A stretch of DNA of 64,000 nt, taken from NCBI GenBank assembly GCA_964016885.1, contig OZ024740.1, positions 96,720,001 through 96,784,000 of the forward strand, read 5' to 3'. The DNA is from Eledone cirrhosa (lineage: Eukaryota). Position numbers and translations under genes: made by a program. Positions 55,059 through 64,000 of the stretch are shown piece after piece (within the stretch, counting starts at the first letter, position 1; each line of letters starts with the position of its first letter). The notes beneath the pieces were generated by a model that searched no databases, was not told the origin of the DNA, and saw only the letters and a list, made by a program, of their open reading frames with translations.

Positions 55059-55224
55059 GGGTAATAAATAATAGTTATATGCAGTCCACTTAGGTGTAGT
55101 CCAGTTATGGTATTCCGGGTAGTGGATGATATCAACGCTTGGCTTGATTTGACTCAACAAGGCGTTTTCATAATGATGTTGCGAGTATGCTGTAATTCCT
55201 ATGTTGTAAACACTTGGAGTAATA

Positions 55225-56042
55225 ATAAATCATGAAAGAAGATTGACATGGTTTGCTATACAAAAAAGTTTTTTAATCTCATTGCTGACAATTGTTTCTC
55301 TGAACTGGTAGGTCTAGAGATCGCTATTCGTTTGTTTTCACGTTACTCGATCGCCAATACAAAATTATAACCAGTCAGTTCTTCGGAGCATGCGAGAATG
55401 AAGAGGATATACAGGCATGAAAGGAATATACAGGCTACTATATGAAGTAGTAATGACATTCAGTTAGAACAATAACAACAATTACAACAATGCTAGTAAT
55501 AAATTATTTGAGGAGACCCTGACATTACATTAGGTGGGGGGTATAGTGTATCTAAGATTTCGGCGTGTAAAACTAGCTGACATGAAGCAGAAGTATAAGG
55601 TTGACATGTAATGAGTGTCGTAGGGTGTATTATATCAATGTTAAAGATAAGCCGGTGTTTATCAACATTTAAGGTCAGGTGGCCGTAATGTTCAGTATTT
55701 ATCTGACCGACGAATTATTTATCATTGAGTAGAATTTGTGTGGTCTACATTAGATGAAAATACAGTCTTTCATTTCATCTTCAATAACATACATGTATGG
55801 GACAACAATGTCAAAGCTAAATAATGGGCAAGTTAATACAGAGGTTAAGGAGGTAATATATATATATATATTCATTCTCGCATGCTCCGAAGAACTGACT
55901 GGTTATAATTTTGTATTGGCGATCGAGTAACGTGAAAACAAACGAATAGCGATCTCTAGACCTACCAGTTCAGAGAAACAATTGTCAGCAATGCGATTAA
56001 AAACCTTTTTTGTATAGCAACCCATGTCAATCTTCTTTCCTG

Positions 56043-56048
<6 letters not shown>
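55225..56048. repeat. Inverted repeats of ~178 bp (55225-55402 and 55871-56048) bounding a decayed PLE-like insert
   Basis: The arms are near-identical reverse complements and each contains an HHR-like fold. A short TA tract precedes the right arm. Confidence 0.9.
55879..55995 (+). ncRNA. Hammerhead-like motif with long stem II and CCGAAGA core; mirror copy at 55279-55394 (-)
   Basis: cgcatgct-CCGAAGA-actgactggt...~60 nt...accagttcaga-GAAAC-aatt-GUC-agcaatgcg. Confidence 0.65.
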
Positions 56049-56107
<59 letters not shown>

Positions 56108-56311
56108 ATATTAACAAATGGAAACTATATTTATAAAACCACATTTATTTTATTATACATATTTCAAATGAAATCAATAGATATGGTTTTATAAATATAG
56201 TTTCCATTTGTTATAATATTGTATATTTACTCCAATAATTTGTTGAGTGCTTCATATCAGTTATAAAAATAATTTGCTTGTTGTATCCCAACAAATTAAA
56301 TATAACCTCTG

Positions 56312-56436
<125 letters not shown>

Positions 56437-57361
56437 GTCCCCCGCTGTGTCTGCTGGAACCTGCTAGACGGCGTTAACCGTCTGCCTTTGAAGATTGATA
56501 ACTGTGCTTTCAAAATGTTTATCTATTATACATAGCGTATAACTTTAGATATACAAAATTCATATTTTTAAATATACACAGCTATGTCTGAGCTAAATTT
56601 TAATTCTACCTTTAAGTTGAGCCAACTTACACAGCTCCATATGGAAATGAGGCTAATCAGCCTATTTACGCAGTTGATACAACTACATATTTTCACCTTT
56701 TTCTAGTTCCGGTAGAGAGCAGGGGAAACACTGTCCGGATGATATCCAGAGCTTGAAATGCACACAGACAGTTGTCCCTACCGTCTTCTCCTGGAACCCG
56801 CTAAAGGGCGCTACCCGTCCGCTTTTCAATATCCATAACAAGGCATTCAAAATGATTTATTAGACATACAGTCACCGCAGAAGATTGCAGTGAAACTGGT
56901 GTTAATGTGAAAAAGCATAATATTTATATCAAGTTATTTTACGTATTTCATTATCATAGATATCTTTTTATTATTATCAATATTTTGAAAAACCTGGTTC
57001 ATAGTTTAAATAAATTAATAAAGAAAGTGTTTCAGATCATTCAATTTCATCCATGCTAAAATGCCGATATCGTCTCATATTCAAACTTTGTGTGGGATGT
57101 TTGTAAAACGTCTCCCTGGTATCTCTTTATTTTTAAAGGCTTTGCTGTAGTAGAAATGTGAAGGTTGAAAGGGTCAATTTCCGGCTCGATAATAAGAGAG
57201 TAGATCTATGCTAAATTGACAGAAGAAAGGCAAAATGTTGCGTGTGTACTTATAAAATGTAATACTTATGCTCCTATTTCTGGATCTCGCAAAAAGAAAA
57301 TTATGCCTCTTCCAAACGTACTCACACCTTCTATCCCAATTTCAAAGTAGTTACACTCACA

Positions 57362-57433
<72 letters not shown>

Positions 57434-59415
57434 AAATGGTTTAATCCCGACGGCAGTGCTTAAGCAGTTTCGACGGCTACTGTTAATTAGATATGTAATA
57501 TATCCCATATGCCTCACGCATACATCATCTACGACTCCTTCCTCGGCAGCCTCTCTCCGCTTCGTATCATCCTCATTCCAATGGTTTCTTTTCCTTACTC
57601 GTTCCTCCGTCCTTACCACTTCATACTGTTCACTGTTTCTACTTTCACTTTCTACCTCCTTCCAATAAATCACGTGTCAGCTTCTTTTACGGTTTTTCAA
57701 CACAATATAAACTGTTGGTGTTCCTGTTCTCTTACGTGGTATCATTTTAACACTTCCTCTTTTAATTATTATTCCTTCCCTTACTGTATTTTGAAGAAGG
57801 GTTTAAACTGAAACGCCAGACTCCTTTCCATTCGTCATAAATATGTTCATTGTACACACTTGGTTTACGCTTTGGGCACAATTCTTTTCGGACACAAATT
57901 ATTGTTCACTTATTGCTTAATTTATTTATAAATATCGCGCTATTGCTTTTTATATGTTTGTGTATCTGGGAGTACATTTTTTTTTGGGGGGGGGGGGGGC
58001 TCTGTCGGTATACGTGGCTTATTTGTAGGGGTTCAGGCATCTTTTTGATATTTGATCAGCGATATTCATTGGCGTTATAATTGTGATAGGATACTGAAAA
58101 ATTGTTTCGTTAATTGTGATAGGATAATGAAAAATAGTTTCGTTAAATGATCTCTTTATTTTCAGCTAGTGATTAGCAATATTGGCGAGATCTTCCTATT
58201 TTGTTTGAGTAAGTCAAATACTGACGTAAATACTTTTTTTCGGGTGTTCAATACTGTTTTTGTACACCGACCTTAAATACTGTAATTTTGAAGATAACAG
58301 TGCCAGGAACATAGTACACTGCTATTTCGGCCCGGGAACTGGGAGACGCAATGGAGTGGGCGTGATTATATTTTCTCCTCTCCTGACTTACGAAAACACT
58401 CAGTTTCACTGCCATTAAATTAATGTTCAAGGCTGAGTAAACATATTACCTTTAATCTTTTTTCTATGAAAGAAACCATTAATTTTCCATTCAAAATGGC
58501 TGAGTGAATATCATTTTGAACAGGGTAGTCATATATGTTTCCTTTGGGATATTGTTTCTCTCTCTCTGAGCAATTTATTTATACTAACATTTTTATACCA
58601 AATAAACATCCCAAATGTTCTAAATTATAACATATAAAATCTCACATTTATTCAAACTGATATATTTAAAAGCAAAGCACATGTACACAATCCGTTATTC
58701 AGAATTGTATGCATACTAAGTATAATTTCGGTTTCGCATTTGTAAAAATCTAATCTTTTCGTAAAAAACAGGTTGATTTTGTGAACGAATGATTTTGATT
58801 ATGTCTAATGAATGATATTGACCAGTAACAGATTTTGATTCTGGATAAATGATTCGTGAAACATCGCGGTCTTATTAATAGAAAATCGCCACCGGAAATA
58901 TTGTGGTAATATTCTTATTGCCCAATTAGAGCAGTGTTCCCTGAAAATCAACACGGAATTGTTTTTACATAGAAGAAATATGTTTTGACGTACAAAAAGC
59001 TCTGATATATCCTATTATTATCGCTGCTATTAACATACAGAAATATATTTGTAATGTAAATGTTTTGTTCCCTTGTGGACATATTTATTTCAGTCAGATT
59101 TTAACAAATCTAAAATACAGGAGATATTTATATTGTTACTTCTAATATATACAGCTGAATATATATCTTGACGGAAGTAATGTACACAAATCAACTGTAG
59201 GCAAGTAAAACATTTTGGATTTTAAACAAATTACATTTTAATGTTTATCTGTTTGTTTTATATTTCGACATGAGATTGCGGCAGACCGCCATTCTTGATA
59301 TATAGCCTACTTAATCTAAAGTAAAATAAAGGAAACTTTACTGTGGTTCATTGTAAGGTTTTAATACTTTACCGACGGGTGCTATTTCATTTTTTCTTGT
59401 ATTAATTAGGTAGCA

Positions 59416-59522
59416 AAATCCGCCGAGGTTGACTTTGCCTTTCATCCTTACGGGGTCGATAAGATAAAGTACCAGTAATGCACTGGATAATTGCTGGCCT
59501 TGTGCCTAAAATAGAAACAATT
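59416..59522 (+). mobile_element. SINE, 5'-truncated, with target-site duplication
   Basis: ccgccgaggttgactttgcctttcatccttacggggtcgat..., flanked by ttaattaggta(g/t)caaaat on both sides. Confidence 0.88.
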
Positions 59523-60000
59523 AATTAGGTATCAAAATTAGTTAGTTAGTGTAAAAGAGGTGTTCTCATATTTTAAACATTTAAACAATCTTATTAACAG
59601 CCTTCTACGGTGCGAACACGGGAAACTAATTATGGAAGATAGTATACCAAAGCCTGGGAAGGCCAGTCCATGAAGTTTATATGGAAGAACATTAATACAA
59701 TATGCAATTGATATAAGCGTGCGAATTCGATAAATTTCATCCAGAGTAAACTGAACAGAGGAAGAATTCTAACAATTATGCGAAAGCATATCTCAATATG
59801 TAAATTCAAATATATTTACGGAAATGCCTACTCAAATATAAAAAAAAAAATTGTAATTAAATACAATGTAAAAACACCACGTCACTGCAGTATTCCATAA
59901 ATTGTGCACCAAATATATCTAATAACAAGTTGCTATAAAAGGAAAGTGTCGGTGCAGTTAAACTACATCAAAACAGAATTCATGACTCTTATAAAGAATG

Positions 60001-60339
60001 TTATCCCTGGCGTTCCATTAGGAGTTAATCTAAAATTCACACATTTTGTTATTATTCGAAACATATATACATATATAGGCATCGCAAAATTACAATATTA
60101 TTGTGTGAAGTTTATTTCTTTAAATAACACATACTGGTAATATTTTTATTGTAAATATTCCTATTTGCTGACACAATAGGAATAATTACAATAAAAATAT
60201 TACCAGTATGTGTTATTTAAAGAAATAAACTTCACACAATAACATTGTAATTTTGCGATGCCTATATATGTATATATGTTTCGAATAATAACGAAATGTG
60301 TGATTTTTAGATTAACTCCTAATGGAACGCCAGGGATAA
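60001..60339. repeat. Inverted repeat, 165 bp arms with a 9 nt spacer, abutting (TA)n
   Basis: 60001-60165 is the reverse complement of 60175-60339 with few mismatches. Confidence 0.95.
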
Positions 60340-60922
60340 ATTATATATATATATATATATATATCATAAAATATGTCTTTACTAGATATAATATATATTA
60401 TTTCATCTCCCAATTAGTATAATTAACCAGATAAAAAATCAATTAGACCAAGCTATAAGAATAAAGGCTCCTATGAAGAAATCTCCGACAAATAACCGAA
60501 AGCAGCCCCTTCGCGGTGGCTTCAATAGATTATTTATCTAACATTTCGACAGCAATGTAAAAATCGACCAGATATACAGATAACTAAACACAATTAGGTG
60601 TAAAAATGAACTTAGAAGAATTGCGTACATACCTAATTACCTCTACCATGGTTTCATCCGTATTTTAAGACATCCGATAACAAGGAATGTCCAGAGCTTC
60701 GGAATCATCAGGAGCAAGGTCAAAATAAGACATTTAATTTTCAAAAGTGATCGCGCCAAAAATACATTCAAAAATTGCTAAGAATCGTGACGTGGCAGCG
60801 GTCAAGTTAGAAAGGATTACACTATTATATTAATAAATATTTACTCTACGGTTCTTATAAATTTGATTTATATCTATCTTATCGAGACCTCTTTGGATTT
60901 TAGTCCTCACAGTTATTATTAT

Positions 60923-60980
<58 letters not shown>

Positions 60981-61192
60981 ATGTAAGTATATATATATAT
61001 ATGAAAATATATATATATATATATATATTTTATATTTATAATATTGGCAGAAATAATAACAGAACAGCTGTGGGTGCGTTCTGTTATCATTTTGTGGCAA
61101 TATTATAACAATATGACACTCCCCACGTATATCAATATTTGTTTCGACACAAGATATCATATAACAAATCTTGCAAAACACACACACACACG

Positions 61193-61228
<36 letters not shown>

Positions 61229-61407
61229 TATATATATCAAGTAAGTATGTTTTAAAATAGTGACTAGGTTTGAAATTAGAAAATAGAATAGCTTTCACCG
61301 AGTTTTTGACTAAAGGAATTTTAGCCTGATAATGGGGTTTAGAACACTTAGATAAATGGAAAAAGATGAGTATTGACGTACATGGGACATTATATATATA
61401 TATATAA

Positions 61408-63305
61408 GCAGTAACACAATAGTTAGTTCACCATACATAGGACAATTGTTTCACCTTGCGGATCTTCAGCTTCGATTGAGCGTGGTTGAACGGAAAAGGA
61501 AAAACAACTGTATGAGTATGTACGCGCAGACGGTCACTTCTCCCAGGCGATAAACTGCCACGGTCGAAAGGTGTAAGGAAGATAACTGCGAATGTCCGGA
61601 ATAAATTATTCGAGTTGATTAGAATATTAGAATGTTTATGTTATTCAATCCGGAGTTTTTATTTATGCAAGAGGTGTTTCCAGACGTGTGGACAACGTGA
61701 GAACTCCTCATATCTTGAATTTCGGCAATCGCTATTGCGTAATAACCTCAGAATATTGATCCTTTCCTCAATACACAGTGCACAAGATGGATTACCCCTT
61801 CCATATTGGTTGGAATTAGTGATAGCTTTCCATTGGATGGAGTAATCTAGATCCTGACTTGTTGAAGGACCATGCGTGGCTCGGGTGTTTCGTGGACAAT
61901 CGTTTTCCGGGTATTTAAATGTCGACTGATGGTTCAGGAAGCTTTCCTTAAACCGGCCCTACACCATACCTACATAGGATTTAACACTTGTTGATTAGGT
62001 CGTTTGGAAGTGACGACAGCTTCTTAAACTCCAGCGGGTGTGTTGCATTGTTCTTGAAGGGGACAATCTTCAGGCGTTCGGCAAGAGCATCCTTGTGGGG
62101 TGCTGCCTTTAGGGTTTTTGGTGATGTGGACCTTCATATTCTAGGCGCAGGAGTATCGTAGTTTTACCCTGTGTCTGAAACAAATGGAGCAGTATTGGTG
62201 ACTTATGGGAAAGTGAGCTAAACATTTTTTCCTACATTAGATTTAACGTTGAGGGAGAATGGGGCAGAGAACAAAATAGTTTTTCTATTGGTACGATTTC
62301 TTTTCTTATTGCTGTTGTTGTTAGCGGGGGAGTAAGTAATTGGTTGCGAGAGGCCGCTGTTAGCTAACGGCGCGTTATAGTAAGGGTTCGCTCTGTCAAA
62401 GATTCCTTTATTAGAGGAGAGGTTTGAGATTCAGTAACGATATTATTCACAAAGTTTCTAAAACCAGTAGGAGGGTAGAATCTGTACTTGTGTATGTAAT
62501 TAAGTTTTCCATTAAGGTCATGGAAACGTCTGAAGGTTTGTGTGTGCGAAGGTCTAAATTTATGTCTAGGTAATCTACTCTAGAGAAGTTGGTAGATACC
62601 ATTATCCTAAGTCCTAACTCATTAAAAGTAGAAATCAAATCTGTTTTAAATCGGTCCTGGTCATGACTACTTTTATAGCTCGATAGGGTCAGACCATCGT
62701 CGCGGTATAATCGCGTGTGGAAGTCCGGGAATCTAGTACGTAATATATCTAAAATAAATAAGCCAACCAAGTCGCTTACGGCAGCACCATCGAACTATCC
62801 CTTCGAAACGTCGAATAGTTCTAAAGTAGATGATTTCTTTGTCCAGGCTACTCCGTTGTTGAGGAGGAGGTTTTTCCAGAAGTCTGTGAGGATATCTCTG
62901 TCTAAATCATGGACGGTAGTGTAAGTGGTAGCAAAGTCCAGCACTTTGACAAACTGGTTCACTGAGATCGATGGGCAAAAATCCACAATTTCGAATTGCG
63001 TGAACTTCCCTTTTTTGGAGTTGAAGGAGTTAAACCACTTAATGACGGTGTCGCTGTTCTCCCACTGGGACAGGATGGACTTGGTCCTAATGGTCTTAAC
63101 TATTTTCCTAATTATAGCCTTACTGACTAGTCCCATTTCCGTGCGTGCCGGGTTTAGTAGTCTAAACTTGGGATTAGAAGCAAATTCTATGTTGTTATCC
63201 TTCAGGGTGAGAAACGCCTCCCGCTTAGCTAAGCATTGTAACTTCTACTCCAACTTAAGAGCAGCAGCAAGGTATGTGGCTTCTGTATTGATGTTGTGTA
63301 GGCAT
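61408..63305 (-). mobile_element. 5'-truncated, decayed Penelope-like element related to 47261-50627
   Basis: Minus-strand QWENSDTVIKWFN, QFEIVDFCPSIS, LYRDDGL, DYLDINLDL. The 3' pLTR carries the HHR gaag-CUGAAGA-tccgcaaggt-GAAAC-aatt-GUC at ~61432-61478. Ends at a TA tract. Confidence 0.93.
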
Positions 63306-64000
63306 AACTACCTCGTCAAAACGATACCTCACATCATTCACGTTTGGTGAACATAGCTTTGGTCGGAAGACTTTGGAGTACTCAGACGGTGTCAAAAGTT
63401 CATTGGGTGTTTCAATCCTCAACCTAACACCCTCTTGTTGATTGGTCAGCCGTGATGGTCACACTACTGTTTGTCATCACCTCATAGCTTCCATCTTATC
63501 TCCTTTGTCTTTCTCCAAAGCCACCAAGATGTCATTTCTACTGCTTGCCCCATCCTTCAAAATGCAGCCTTCATCACTTTTCCTCTCATTCCTAGGGCAG
63601 TGAGCATTTGTCATACATTTTGAGATGGGAAACCACACATTTCCTCCCATGGAACGGAGCGTTCAATTAGGATTATCTAATATATACTTTCACACAAAAG
63701 TACTACATCTAGCCACATGGATGATTGAACAATCCGGATGAACAGCAATATCTAATGAACATGATAGGTTTGTGTGTAGCTCTGTAAATATATAGAATGT
63801 AAGTGAATGATAAATTAGTAATCATGCTTGTGCACAGATGTATGTATGTGTGTGCGCTATATTCAGTCTATGTGCATGTATAGATGAGACGTATTAATGT
63901 ATGTAGTCAATGACGTTTATAATGGATATGAAAGTGACCTATTCAGTTACGGTCAAATTTGGGGAATGTTAGGGTTCTACTTGCTACACCTCAATGCGCT

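Overview
AT-rich, microsatellite-dense eukaryotic DNA with no recognisable host protein-coding gene. The recurring tRNA-derived SINE resembles cephalopod (Octopus-like) repeats, but that assignment is an inference. The window is dominated by retroelements: Penelope-like elements (PLEs) with RT and GIY-YIG remnants (one near full-length at 47.26-50.63 kb), RTE- and CRE-type LINE fragments, and about 13 SINE copies. The main signal is a dense set of type I hammerhead ribozyme (HHR) motifs, about 30 by manual reading. Two tandem arrays of a non-coding 466-469 bp unit (44.3-47.2 kb and 50.7-54.3 kb) carry one HHR and one ATGCAAAT octamer per unit and directly flank the Penelope element. Two further unrelated HHR-bearing tandem families have units of about 430-445 bp and about 380 bp. 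These look like non-autonomous, PLE-mobilised retrozymes (candidate circular-RNA producers). They share (TA)n-flanked insertion and a 5' inverted segment with the PLEs. All folds were read by eye and none is computationally or experimentally verified. Most ORFs in the supplied track are microsatellite artefacts.
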